The notes: generated by a model from the sequence alone, not told the origin. Numbered from the stretch's first letter, positions 41,104 to 50,999 are shown. The stretch: 64,000 nucleotides of DNA from an uncultured Gammaproteobacteria bacterium (GCA_964408995.1 CAYPBP010000002.1:32491-96490), one strand, 5' to 3'. Program-made: numbers and translations.

Positions 41104-42649
41104 AAGTGAGATTATTAATTTTTTTGTAAATTCTTATGGTCGGATTATCAAAAACAGACCAAGTTTCTTCAGCGTTTTCAGAGTTTAAAATAAAATCTTT
41201 TTGGTTATTAAATTTTTTAATTTCTTGAAATCCTAATTTACCTGAAAATAAATTTTGATAATATTTAAAAGATAAAGGATAGTTTTTGTTATTTTGATTT
41301 TTAAAAACTCGGCGAGAAGGAATAATGATGTAATCACTTTTAAATAAATCCATTAATAAATCATTTTGGTTTTGGTTATTGTAAAAATCAAAATGATTAA
41401 CATTAATTTTTGAATTGGAAATGGGAATATTAACTACATTGCCAGATTCTGAAAAAACATAAGAATTTAAAGGAATATTGGAATTAATCCAACTTGAAGC
41501 AACTACCCTGTTGTCTGGCTTAAAATATTTTGAAACAAAATAAATACCAGGACTAATCATTAGCATAACTAAAACAAAAGTTAGATAATTATTTTTAATT
41601 TTTTTTATAAAATAGAGACAAAAAAATGAACCAATAAAAAATAATGGTGACATAAAACGAGACCATTTAATAAAGAGTTGGCCACTGTAAAGAAAATAAA
41701 TTACTGAAGGAAATAAAATTATTAATAATTTATTTTTATTAGTTGATATTAATTTTTTAGTATTTAGTATGAAAATAATAAATCCAATAAAAGAAAACAA
41801 ATAAATGAATATGCCATTGGCATATGGAAAAATATTTTTAAACTGGAAAATATAAGGAATAGTATTTTCAAACTGACGAGTGTAAAAAACTTTTGACTGA
41901 CCAGTGGCAATTGAAGTTTCATAAATCATAGTTGATTTAAAGTTAGAAAAATCAATAAGATTAAATGGTGAAAAGAGAATTGATAATAATAAAAATAGAA
42001 ATGTAAAAATTATTGAACTTAAAATGAAATTAAGAAATTTTTTATTTTTTAATAAAACTAAAAATAAAGATAAATAGATTGGTAAGACAAAAAAGACAGC
42101 TGTTATTTTTGAAGCAAGACCGAGTGCACTAATTAAAATAGAAAAAAATAAATATATTTTTTTTTGATTTTTAAGATAATTTAGAGATAAATAAATGTTG
42201 ACTGAAAATACAAAAATCAAAATCGATTCGGTGGTACCAAAGTGAGCAGACTGAATAAGCCCTGGAGTAAAAATAAGGAGTAAGGCAAATAAATAAGCAA
42301 TTTTTTTTAAAGAAAAAATATTTTTAGCAATTAAATAAAAAAATAAAATTGATAGAGATGAAAAAAGAGCTGACCAAAAACGCATGGTCAAAACTATACT
42401 AGAAAAATCATGTTTAAAAGTGGTAAAAAAAGTTAAAAAAAGTGGAAACTGACCATAGGCAAAGAAATTGGGATGGAGATTTTCAAAACTCATCTGAGCC
42501 ACTGAGGTGGCCATATTATTTTCATCAGGATTAAAGAAAAAATCATTGCCCCAATTTAGAAAACAAAAACGAGTAAATATCGTAAGTATTAATAGAAAAA
42601 TTGGAATTAATAGTTTTTTATCTTTATTAAATTGCATAGACAATACCAA
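41069..42649 (-). CDS. GT-C (PMT/ArnT-like) glycosyltransferase, paralog of 38697-40496
   Basis: LNWG..FNPDE, YGQFP, QSAHFGTTE, FDNP. Confidence 0.83.
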   Translation of the reverse strand: MVLSMQFNKDKKLLIPIFLLILTIFTRFCFLNWGNDFFFNPDENNMATSVAQMSFENLHPNFFAYGQFPLFLTFFTTFKHDFSSIVLTMRFWSALFSSLSILFFYLIAKNIFSLKKIAYLFALLLIFTPGLIQSAHFGTTESILIFVFSVNIYLSLNYLKNQKKIYLFFSILISALGLASKITAVFFVLPIYLSLFLVLLKNKKFLNFILSSIIFTFLFLLLSILFSPFNLIDFSNFKSTMIYETSIATGQSKVFYTRQFENTIPYIFQFKNIFPYANGIFIYLFSFIGFIIFILNTKKLISTNKNKLLIILFPSVIYFLYSGQLFIKWSRFMSPLFFIGSFFCLYFIKKIKNNYLTFVLVMLMISPGIYFVSKYFKPDNRVVASSWINSNIPLNSYVFSESGNVVNIPISNSKINVNHFDFYNNQNQNDLLMDLFKSDYIIIPSRRVFKNQNNKNYPLSFKYYQNLFSGKLGFQEIKKFNNQKDFILNSENAEETWSVFDNPTIRIYKKINNLTYDDYQKIFSNN

Positions 42650-43565
42650 TTATTATCAGCCCCCATGTTAGGACTGAAAGTAAAAGAGGTATATCAGTAG
42701 CAATTGCCCTTTCTGGTCTCTCACCTTCTTGCATCTCAAAAATAATTTGACCATAACGCATGATGCCAAAAATAACTGGTAGAAGAGTGATCATATACCA
42801 TTTTCTATTAAGAGCATTTGGGAAATTTTCTAAAATAAAATTGTGTAATACACCAGAACCAGCAAAACTAATTGATTCTTCGAAAAAAGTAAACATGGCA
42901 TAAGTAATTAAAGTACAAACAGCAAACATAGTGGTGTAAAAATTTAATAAATTTTTACCATAACCAATTAAAGAAGATCTCGTCTTAATGCCAGTATTTA
43001 TTAACTCACTACGTCTTTTTCCGCTAGCAATAAATAAAGATAGAAAAATGACAGTTAACATAATCCAAACTGGAAGATGATAACCAGTAACAATTTCTCC
43101 AGCATAAGCTCTTATTATAAAAAATAAGGCTATGCCAACAATGTCTATAATGGCTTTCTTTTTGAATAAAAATGAATAAGAATATTGAAGTAAAATAAAA
43201 ATTAAAGAAATAATAAAGAAAGCATAATTAGTAAAAACAGCAATTCCTAAACCAGAAAAAAGAAGACAAAAAGAAATAAAAATAGCTAAATGTTCTGGAA
43301 TCTCACCGCTGGCAATAGGTCTATATTTTTTAACAGGATGAAGTCGATCTTTATCTATATCGATAAGGTCGTTAATGATATACGAAGAAGAAGACAATAA
43401 ACAAAATGTTACAAAAGCGAGAAAGTTTTTGATAAATAACTCAATATTAAATAATTGACCATTTAAAATTAAGGCAGCAAAAATACTTAAATTCTTTATC
43501 CATTGAATTGGACGAAGTTCTTTGAAAATAGAAACTATAATCTTATGCTTTGGCATTGATAACAT
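42627..43565 (-). CDS. UbiA-family polyprenyl-phosphate phosphoribosyltransferase (DPPR synthase-like)
   Basis: RPIQWIKN, YIINDLIDIDKDRLHPVKKYRPIASG, GKRRSEL, characteristic of the Rv3806c-like subfamily. Confidence 0.85.
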   Translation of the reverse strand: MLSMPKHKIIVSIFKELRPIQWIKNLSIFAALILNGQLFNIELFIKNFLAFVTFCLLSSSSYIINDLIDIDKDRLHPVKKYRPIASGEIPEHLAIFISFCLLFSGLGIAVFTNYAFFIISLIFILLQYSYSFLFKKKAIIDIVGIALFFIIRAYAGEIVTGYHLPVWIMLTVIFLSLFIASGKRRSELINTGIKTRSSLIGYGKNLLNFYTTMFAVCTLITYAMFTFFEESISFAGSGVLHNFILENFPNALNRKWYMITLLPVIFGIMRYGQIIFEMQEGERPERAIATDIPLLLSVLTWGLIIIGIVYAI

Positions 43566-43602
43566 ATCATACCATTGAAAAGTCTTCTGCTTAAATTTAA
43601 TT

Positions 43603-44916
43603 TTATTTTTTCTTTAGAGTTAAGAATGAAAAAGAAACAAAAAGAAGAGATATTATGGATAATAAAATTGTTGGAACTAAGCTTCCAGTGACTGGAACTC
43701 CAGAACTAGTGCTTGGTAGAGTCGTAGTATTACGAGCAACTGCTGTAGGAATTGCGGTTGGAATTAGAGTTGGAACTACAGTTGGTTTAACTGTAGGAAT
43801 TGCGGTTGGAATTAGAGTTGGAGTTGGAGTAGTAGCTGATGGTGAAGCCGAATAAGATAATGGACTATCAGTGGCTAAAACAGTAAATTTTCTAGAAATA
43901 ATTTTTTCAATTCCATCTTGTATAACAGTAACTGTAATTGTGTGTTCACCTGGAGTTAAGTTTTTGGGTGGTGACCAATTCCAAGAACCATCGTCTTTTG
44001 TTTTAACTTCGCCAGTGTAAACAACTGGTGATTCAACTTTTATTTTAATTTTGGAATTGGCAGGACCAGTACCAAAAAAATCGGGCTTTTTGGTTGATAA
44101 AGATTCATTATCTTTTGGATTTAAAATATCTAGCTCTTTAGCTTTTGGCATTGGATCGATAACAGGTAAGGAACCAACATTAGATTCAGAATCAAAATTA
44201 ACAGAAGAAGCTGAAAATTCATTTTGACCTAAAATAATGTCTGGACTAGGATTATTTCTAGAGGTATTGGAACTGATTTGAGTTATATTTTTTTCTTTAT
44301 CTATAACAACAATTTCTTGAGGTGTATTTTCTTTTGGAGTGAATCTATCAGTTGTCTCTTCATTAAAACTATTAGCTAAAGAAATATTCCAATTACCTGA
44401 AGATGTTACTAGAGCAGATAAGGGTGAAGCACCTGGAATATTAATAAACACTATTACCTTACTAGCTGCTTTTAATTCTGGAGTAAAAACTCTTCCCCAA
44501 GCTAAATTAGAAGATGGGGCTAAAGAATTTGGTTTCTGGGCTGTTTTGAATTTGTACAAAGACTCATTGTATTTTTTACCATCACTAATGATTGTATATT
44601 TATATTCAGTTTCGTCTTCTAGGTTAGAGATATCAAAATAATGTATTTTTGTTTTTTCATTGTCATCATTAGTAACTCCATTTCTAATGTTTTGATTATT
44701 AATTGATAAATTAGACAAACATTCAGCTTCTGTTGTAAAAGAAATAGAAACTGAATTATTAGTTATATTTGTTATTTGAGTGTTTTTAGGGATACAGTCA
44801 CTACTAGCTTTGGAAACAACATTGGTGCCGTTATTGTTTAAAACAACACCGACATAAATTCCTCCTATTAAAATAATAAGACCTAAGATAGTAGGAATTC
44901 TTTTTTCTTTAAGCAT
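43603..44916 (-). CDS. Surface protein: FN3-like and Ig-like domains, Pro/Thr stalk, PVTG + TM + basic tail
   Basis: ITNITNNSVSISFTT, KPDFFGTG..DGSWNWSP..GEHTITV, PT repeats, VPVTG-hydrophobic-KKK. Confidence 0.8.
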   Translation of the reverse strand: MLKEKRIPTILGLIILIGGIYVGVVLNNNGTNVVSKASSDCIPKNTQITNITNNSVSISFTTEAECLSNLSINNQNIRNGVTNDDNEKTKIHYFDISNLEDETEYKYTIISDGKKYNESLYKFKTAQKPNSLAPSSNLAWGRVFTPELKAASKVIVFINIPGASPLSALVTSSGNWNISLANSFNEETTDRFTPKENTPQEIVVIDKEKNITQISSNTSRNNPSPDIILGQNEFSASSVNFDSESNVGSLPVIDPMPKAKELDILNPKDNESLSTKKPDFFGTGPANSKIKIKVESPVVYTGEVKTKDDGSWNWSPPKNLTPGEHTITVTVIQDGIEKIISRKFTVLATDSPLSYSASPSATTPTPTLIPTAIPTVKPTVVPTLIPTAIPTAVARNTTTLPSTSSGVPVTGSLVPTILLSIISLLFVSFSFLTLKKK

Positions 44917-45342
44917 TTAAGGGTTTAAACCATATGATGTTTCATCATAATTTAATTCATCTGATGTTTCATCATAATTTAATTCATCTGATGTTTCATC
45001 ATAATTTAATTCATCTGATGTTTCATCATAATTTAATTCAATTAGTTCAACTGGGGTTGGTTCTGGAGTTGGTGTGGGTGTAGGAGTTGGTGTGGGTGTA
45101 GGAGTTGGATTGAAAACTGAAAAACTAAAATTTTCTTCTATATTTTTATTTCTTGATTCAATTTCGGACATTACAGATAAATCTAGATTCGGATTTATTT
45201 CTTTTAATAAAGAATTGTTTTCAACTTCTTTTTGAGGTTTTAGTAAGTTAAAATAACTTTTTTGGATTAAAAAAATAAAAACCGTCATCAAAGTAAGAAA
45301 AGAAATCAAAACAAAGTATAAAGAGAGTTTATTCTTTTTCAT
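44917..45342 (-). CDS. Membrane-anchored protein with PT linker and acidic tandem repeats (PilP position)
   Basis: N-terminal TM, INPNLDLSV, (PT)n, (ELNYDETSD)x~4; start set at MKKNKL. Confidence 0.7.
   Translation of the reverse strand: MKKNKLSLYFVLISFLTLMTVFIFLIQKSYFNLLKPQKEVENNSLLKEINPNLDLSVMSEIESRNKNIEENFSFSVFNPTPTPTPTPTPTPTPEPTPVELIELNYDETSDELNYDETSDELNYDETSDELNYDETSYGLNP
44935..45040. repeat. 27-bp coding tandem repeat, ~3.9 identical copies
   Basis: Unit tgatgtttcatcataatttaattcatc. Confidence 0.95.
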
Positions 45343-45964
45343 TATTGTCTGATAAAAAATATAAATCATTAGAGAAATTTACTTTTATGTTCTTTGAATT
45401 AATTTGATTATCTTCTTTGGATGGCTGACTTAGTCTAATATTAGTAGTATTAATAACACGACGATTATTGAGTAATTTTTTGATCATGGCTATGACAGAA
45501 GAATATTCACCCTCACTATTAACATTAATCTGATAAGTTTTAACAGAATTATTTGTGGGGTCTTTGCCTTCATTCAAATTTAAGCTAATTTGCTTTATGT
45601 TTAAAGATGATTCTTTGGATATAGTACCTAGATTAGAGGCACTGTCGTAATATCTAGCTAAAGAAGGAATGGCATCTTCAATTAAGTAAGTTTTTTCTTG
45701 AATTTGAGAGTAAGATTCTTGGGCTTTAATAATATTTTCAACTTTTAAATCGACTTTTTTTATAAAAGATTCTTTTGACTTAATGTCTCCAATTAGAGAA
45801 GAAATTGTAGTGGTTGTTGGCATGATGGCAAAAAACAAGAATATAGCAACTAAACTAAAAGTACCACCAACTTCTAAATAATTCAGAAATTTTTCTTTTT
45901 CTGCTTGTTTCCTAATGTAATTATACATCGGCCGAAGCTGAAACCAAGTTTTATTATTTGTCAT
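45329..45964 (-). CDS. PilO-like type IV pilus alignment protein
   Basis: TM, coiled coil, AIP, GEYSSVIAMIKKLLNNRRVI; follows the PilN-like gene. Confidence 0.7.
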   Translation of the reverse strand: MTNNKTWFQLRPMYNYIRKQAEKEKFLNYLEVGGTFSLVAIFLFFAIMPTTTTISSLIGDIKSKESFIKKVDLKVENIIKAQESYSQIQEKTYLIEDAIPSLARYYDSASNLGTISKESSLNIKQISLNLNEGKDPTNNSVKTYQINVNSEGEYSSVIAMIKKLLNNRRVINTTNIRLSQPSKEDNQINSKNIKVNFSNDLYFLSDNNEKE

Positions 45965-46539
45965 GTTTTACTGGCGGTTTGGGCCGATTTAAAAAGTAAA
46001 GTTAGAGAGATAGAATATTGATTTTCTTTCTCTTTTTTTTCAATTTTATTAATATTAACTTGATCAATACTAGGATTAACCATTAGGTTAGTGATAAAAG
46101 AAACTATACTTTCTTCTCTATAAGCGATAAGGGAAGTATTTATAGTGACTGTTTTTGATTTTTCATCTTTTGAAATTGATAACATCTCATAAAACAAATC
46201 TTCTGGAGTACTAGTCACTAAAGAATCTATTTGCTTATGGTATTCTGGTTGATTGTTGTAAGAATTTTTAATGTAGCTTAATTTTTGTTGTAATTTAACA
46301 AAATCTCCTTCAAAAGGAATAACGCTTTCTAAAATTGCTTGTTTTTGTCTAGATATTTCTGAAAGATCTGAATTTTTACGATCAAGCCAAAAACGAGAAA
46401 CAAAAGCTGAAATAACAATAAACTCAGTGATAATAATAGTTGCCCTACCTGCGGTAGTAATCCAATTGAAAAAGCGAACCCCAAACGAATTTGGATTCTC
46501 TGATTCAGGTAAAAGAGAAATTTCTTTCTTTATAGCCAT
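45961..46539 (-). CDS. PilN-like type IV pilus alignment protein
   Basis: EISLLP (INLLP-like) N-terminal motif, TM, coiled coil, ferredoxin-like C-terminus. Confidence 0.7.
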   Translation of the reverse strand: MAIKKEISLLPESENPNSFGVRFFNWITTAGRATIIITEFIVISAFVSRFWLDRKNSDLSEISRQKQAILESVIPFEGDFVKLQQKLSYIKNSYNNQPEYHKQIDSLVTSTPEDLFYEMLSISKDEKSKTVTINTSLIAYREESIVSFITNLMVNPSIDQVNINKIEKKEKENQYSISLTLLFKSAQTASKT

Positions 46540-46556
46540 ACATTCAGTATATACGA

Positions 46557-48170
46557 CTATTTATGGAAAATGAAATCTTTAAATCTTAAATAATATTTTT
46601 GATAGTCTTTTACTTCTTCTAACTTGAGAAAGTGAACAGAAAAGATATAAGTAGCTAAAGCAATTATAGAAGAAATTGCGGTAAGAGTTAAAACTGGAAT
46701 AACACGAGCTGTATCAAGGATAAAAAGATCTAAAAATTTTATAGACAACCAACCAACTATTCCCATTAGAACAGAAGAAATAACTATTTTGTAAAACTTT
46801 ATTAACATTAAAGGCCAATTGAAACCTTTAACAATCCTAACAAACATAATTAATAAACCTAAAAGCTGAACTACATTACCAATTGAAGCACTAATAGCTA
46901 GGCCGACAACTCCAAGATTAGTGAAATTAACAAAATAGAAACTGGTAGAAATGGTTATTACTAGAGAAACAGCTGAAACAAAAAATGGAACTTTAGTGTT
47001 GTGGAAAGCATAAAAAGCTCTAATTAGAATTTGAATTACAGCCTGACAAATTATGCCTGGAGTCAAAAAGGCTAAAATCTTAGCAGTTAAAAGAGTGGCC
47101 GACCAGGGAAATTGACGAGATCCATAAAGAATTCTAATGATAGAAACTCTTTCAATAAGAATTAAAACAGTAATAGGAATAGCAATAAATAAACTTTGAA
47201 TTATGATTTTACTAACAGTATTTCTAAACTTTTCTAATTCATTTTTAGCAATATTTTTGGAAAGTATTGGTAGAGATGCTTGACCAACTGTAGTGCCAAA
47301 GATACGGCTTGGCCAATACATAAATTGAAGAGCTAAATTTAAAAGGGAAATTGAGCCAGATGCTAGAGAGCTGGCAAAAAATAAAGTGACAGTATTTTCA
47401 ATTTCACCTAAACCAAGGGATAGAATTCTTGGTACCATAAGACGAAAAACTTCCCTAACTCCATTTAATTTTGTCCTGATAATAGGATAGTAAACAAAAC
47501 CTTGATGACGAACTACTGGAATTTGAATGGCTAAATGAAAGAAAGCACCAACAACAACACCAATGGCAACTCCATAAATACCAAACATAGGAGCTAGGGC
47601 AAAGATACTAATTATTATAAAAAAGTTATAAATAATAGGTGAGAGAGCAGGAACTATAAAGACTTGGTTAACCTGAAGAATGGCAGTAATGAAATTACTG
47701 AGTAAGAAAAAAATTTGGGCAATAAGTAGAATTCGACTAAGACTAGCCATTAAAACTAATTGATCCGGGAAAAAACCACCAGCAATTATTTTTGAGATGG
47801 GATTAATGAAAATAAAAGCAATTACAGCAATTACAAAAAAAGCAATTAAAAGAAGATTGATAACTGTAGAGGCAATTTCATCAGCAACTTTTTTGTTTTT
47901 ATGAAGATAACTTGAAAAAACAGGAATAAATGAAGCTGATAAAACTCCAGTAACTAATAATTTAAAAATTAGGTCTGGAAGACGAAAAGCAGCATTATAA
48001 ACATCAAGATCAGCTACACAACAAGAAAAGAAATGAGCGTATAAAAAACGATTTCTTAAAAGACCAAGAATTGAAGAAATACTAAAAGTAATAGCTAAAA
48101 CTAATGAAGCCGACAAAATAGTACTCTGTTTTCTTTGAGTTATTAATCTGATTCTTTCTTTTAATGTCAT
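46557..48170 (-). CDS. murJ: Lipid II flippase MurJ/MviN
   Basis: SILGLLR, AAFRLPD, SASFIPVF, RAFYA; about 14 TM. Confidence 0.9.
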   Translation of the reverse strand: MTLKERIRLITQRKQSTILSASLVLAITFSISSILGLLRNRFLYAHFFSCCVADLDVYNAAFRLPDLIFKLLVTGVLSASFIPVFSSYLHKNKKVADEIASTVINLLLIAFFVIAVIAFIFINPISKIIAGGFFPDQLVLMASLSRILLIAQIFFLLSNFITAILQVNQVFIVPALSPIIYNFFIIISIFALAPMFGIYGVAIGVVVGAFFHLAIQIPVVRHQGFVYYPIIRTKLNGVREVFRLMVPRILSLGLGEIENTVTLFFASSLASGSISLLNLALQFMYWPSRIFGTTVGQASLPILSKNIAKNELEKFRNTVSKIIIQSLFIAIPITVLILIERVSIIRILYGSRQFPWSATLLTAKILAFLTPGIICQAVIQILIRAFYAFHNTKVPFFVSAVSLVITISTSFYFVNFTNLGVVGLAISASIGNVVQLLGLLIMFVRIVKGFNWPLMLIKFYKIVISSVLMGIVGWLSIKFLDLFILDTARVIPVLTLTAISSIIALATYIFSVHFLKLEEVKDYQKYYLRFKDFIFHK

Positions 48171-48244
48171 GCAATGAATTATAACTAATTATTTAACAGA
48201 TTATATAGTTGTAAATATGTGACTAATAAGATAAAATATTCCTC

Positions 48245-48559
48245 ATGCCAATAAGCTCATCTGCAAAAAAATCATTAAGAAAAGCCTTAAAAAATAATAA
48301 GGAAAATGTTTCTTTTAAAAACAAACTAAGAACTATTGTTAAAAAGTTTTTAGCTAAGCCAACAGCTGAAGGACTAAAAGAAGTTTATTCTGTATTAGAT
48401 AAGGCTGTTAAAAAGAATCTTTTTCATAAAAATAAAACTGCTAGACTTAAAGCTAACTATTCTAAGAAAGTTGGAGTTGAGGTCAAAGTGGTTAAAAAAG
48501 CTCCAGCTAAGAAAAAAGTGGTTAAAAAAGCTGCTAAAAAATCAAACAAAAAAATGTAA
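48245..48559 (+). CDS. rpsT: 30S ribosomal protein S20 with Lys/Ala-rich tail
   Basis: MPISSSAKKSLR, LDKAVKKNLFHKNKTARLK. Confidence 0.93.
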   Translation: MPISSSAKKSLRKALKNNKENVSFKNKLRTIVKKFLAKPTAEGLKEVYSVLDKAVKKNLFHKNKTARLKANYSKKVGVEVKVVKKAPAKKKVVKKAAKKSNKKM

Positions 48560-48599
48560 AAGCCACTAGTTTGGATAATTCCAAATAATGTGGCAAAAT

Positions 48600-48625
48600 A
48601 AGGGTATCGAAAGATACTCTTTTTT
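48600..48625 (+). terminator. Intrinsic terminator after rpsT
   Basis: aagggtatc-gaaa-gatactctt-tttt; a second hairpin precedes it at 48562-48594. Confidence 0.75.
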
Positions 48626-48645
48626 GTTTCTTAGGAACTAAAAAT

Positions 48646-50079
48646 ATGAACTCAAAAAAATTTTTTATAACTACCCCAATTTATTACATTAACGATATTC
48701 CTCATATAGGACATACCTGTAGTACTGTGGCGGCGGATATTGTGGCCCGATTTCACAGAGCAAAAAATGAAGAAGTATTTTTTCTAACTGGCACTGATGA
48801 ACATGGACAAAAAGTAGCTGAACCAGCAATCAAAGCAAATCTAAATCCAAAAGAATATTGTGACAGTATTGCTCCCCGATTTGAAGAAGCTTGGAAGGCT
48901 TTAAATATTAGTCATGATTTTTTTATTAGAACAACCGATTCTAGACATGAAAAAATAGTCAATGAATTTTTACAAAAAATTTATGACAAGGGTGATGTTT
49001 ATAAAGCAAAATATGAAGGCTGGTATTGTGTCGGCTGTGAAAAGTTTTTAACTGAAGTGGAATTAGTTGACAAACATTGTTCTCTTCATCCACCAGAGAA
49101 AACTGTTTTTAAAAGTGAAGAAAATTGGTTTTTTAAATTAAGCAAATATATTCCTCAAATTATTAAATTAATTGAGGATGATAAAACTAATTATATTTTC
49201 CCTGAAGGAAAAAGATTAGAAATATTATCAAAACTTAAAAAAGAAGAAATTAGAGATATTTCAATTTCCAGAGAAAACGTGGAATGGGGCATTCCTACAC
49301 CTTGGGATTCTAAACAAACTGTCTATGTGTGGTTTGACGCTTTAATTAATTATTACAGTGCAACTCAATTTGTTGAAGGTAAAAAAGATTTTTGGCCAGC
49401 AAGTGTTCACTTATTAGCTAAAGATATTTTGTGGTTTCATACAGTTATTTGGCAAGCCATGCTTTTATCAGCTGACTTACCATTACCTATAAAAACTTTT
49501 ACTCATAGTTTTTATTTAATTGATGGTAATAAAATGTCAAAATCTTTGGGAAATGTAATTAGCCCAGGTCAATTAGTAGAAACTTTTGGAGTTGATGGAT
49601 CTAGGTATTTAATTGCCAGATCTTTTCCTGGAGAAAATGATAGTGATGTAGGAATTGAAAGATTTAAGGAAAAATATAATGCTGATTTAGCAAATAATTT
49701 AGGGAATTTAATTTCTAGAGTAGCAAAGTTAGCTGAAGGCCAATCTCAATCTTCCCCCGACCCCTTCTTTGACAAGACGGGGAGTTTTAATGAAGAATTT
49801 GAAAACTTAATTGAGAAATTTGATTTTAATCAGGCGATTGCTTTAGTTTTTGATAAATGGATTGATAGTTCAAATTTAAAATTGAATCAAACTACACCAT
49901 GGAAATTAGAAAAAGATAATACTGATAGAATTACAGTCTTAAATGAATGTATCAAAAACATTTTGAAAGCTGCTTTCCATTTGCAAATTTTTATGCCAGA
50001 AGTGGCCCAAAAAATTGAAAATTGTTTCAAAGATGAAGTTAAACCACTTGAGGAATCTTTATTTCCAAGAATAAAATAA
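48646..50079 (+). CDS. metG: Methionine--tRNA ligase (short form)
   Basis: TTPIYY, HIGH, GTDEHG, YVWFDAL, KMSKS. Confidence 0.96.
   Translation: MNSKKFFITTPIYYINDIPHIGHTCSTVAADIVARFHRAKNEEVFFLTGTDEHGQKVAEPAIKANLNPKEYCDSIAPRFEEAWKALNISHDFFIRTTDSRHEKIVNEFLQKIYDKGDVYKAKYEGWYCVGCEKFLTEVELVDKHCSLHPPEKTVFKSEENWFFKLSKYIPQIIKLIEDDKTNYIFPEGKRLEILSKLKKEEIRDISISRENVEWGIPTPWDSKQTVYVWFDALINYYSATQFVEGKKDFWPASVHLLAKDILWFHTVIWQAMLLSADLPLPIKTFTHSFYLIDGNKMSKSLGNVISPGQLVETFGVDGSRYLIARSFPGENDSDVGIERFKEKYNADLANNLGNLISRVAKLAEGQSQSSPDPFFDKTGSFNEEFENLIEKFDFNQAIALVFDKWIDSSNLKLNQTTPWKLEKDNTDRITVLNECIKNILKAAFHLQIFMPEVAQKIENCFKDEVKPLEESLFPRIK
49747..49784 (+). repeat. Family A mini-element in frame within metG
   Basis: caatcttcccccgaccccttctttgacaagacggggag. 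Confidence 0.7.
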
Positions 50080-50080
50080 G

Positions 50081-50800
50081 ATGATTGACACTCATGCTCA
50101 TCTAGATATATTGTGCGACACTGATAAGGAAATAGATAAAATTATTTTGGCTGGAGCCAGAATTGAAGATTCAAAAAATAACCTAATTTTAGGCAAAAAA
50201 TATCCAGATAAACTTTTAATTACGGTCGGAATTCATCCTCAAGAAATTAATGATTCCCCTGCTGAACTTAAGAGGATAGTGGATAAAAACTATAAAGACA
50301 TTGTGGCAATTGGCGAGTGTGGTTTAGATTTTTCAACTGATACTGATAAGAAAAAACAAGAAAAGATTTTTAGAGATCAAATAGAATTGGCTAAAAAATA
50401 TAAACTACCATTAATAATTCATGCTAGAAAAGCAGTTAATGAAGTGATTGAAATTTTAAAAGAGTATAAAGATTTGTCTGGAGTGTTTCATTGTTATACC
50501 GGAGGAAATAAAAGAATTAAAAGAATAATTGATCTTGGAGAAAATTGGTATTTTGGAATTGATGGAAATGTGACTTACGAAAAAGGATTAGTAGATGTGG
50601 TTAAAAATATACCAAAAGATAGACTTATACTAGAAACAGACTCCCCTTATTTAACTCCAGTACCTTTTAGGGGTGAAATTAACAGTCCAAAGAATATGCT
50701 TTATATTTATAAAAAAGTGGCCGAAATTTGGAATAAAAGTTTTGAAGAAACAGAAAAGATTATCGATGAAAACGCAAAAAAATTATTTAAGATCGTCTAA
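50081..50800 (+). CDS. tatD: TatD-family nuclease
   Basis: DTHAH, GIHP, GECGLD, ETDSPYL; follows metG. Confidence 0.93.
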   Translation: MIDTHAHLDILCDTDKEIDKIILAGARIEDSKNNLILGKKYPDKLLITVGIHPQEINDSPAELKRIVDKNYKDIVAIGECGLDFSTDTDKKKQEKIFRDQIELAKKYKLPLIIHARKAVNEVIEILKEYKDLSGVFHCYTGGNKRIKRIIDLGENWYFGIDGNVTYEKGLVDVVKNIPKDRLILETDSPYLTPVPFRGEINSPKNMLYIYKKVAEIWNKSFEETEKIIDENAKKLFKIV

Positions 50801-50995
50801 ACCATTACCATCAAGTAATAGAAGTATAAAACCTAGTCCAACAGAAGTTAGATAACTTAATAACTCATTTCCAGGGAAAACAAAAAGATCCATAAGCCCC
50901 CAAACACCTCGCCAAATGATGATTATAGCAAGTAAGTTGATTATTATACGTAAATTTTTTCGAGTTGATAAAAATTTTCTAAGCTTTTTAAGCAT
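50783..50995 (-). CDS. Small two-TM membrane protein
   Basis: IIWRGVWGLMD motif, two hydrophobic helices. Confidence 0.7.
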   Translation of the reverse strand: MLKKLRKFLSTRKNLRIIINLLAIIIIWRGVWGLMDLFVFPGNELLSYLTSVGLGFILLLLDGNGLDDLK

Positions 50996-50999
50996 ATTA

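Noticed and set aside
44935-45040. 27-bp repeats as a CRISPR array
   Set aside because: Units are contiguous with no spacers, lie in frame in an ORF, and no cas genes are present
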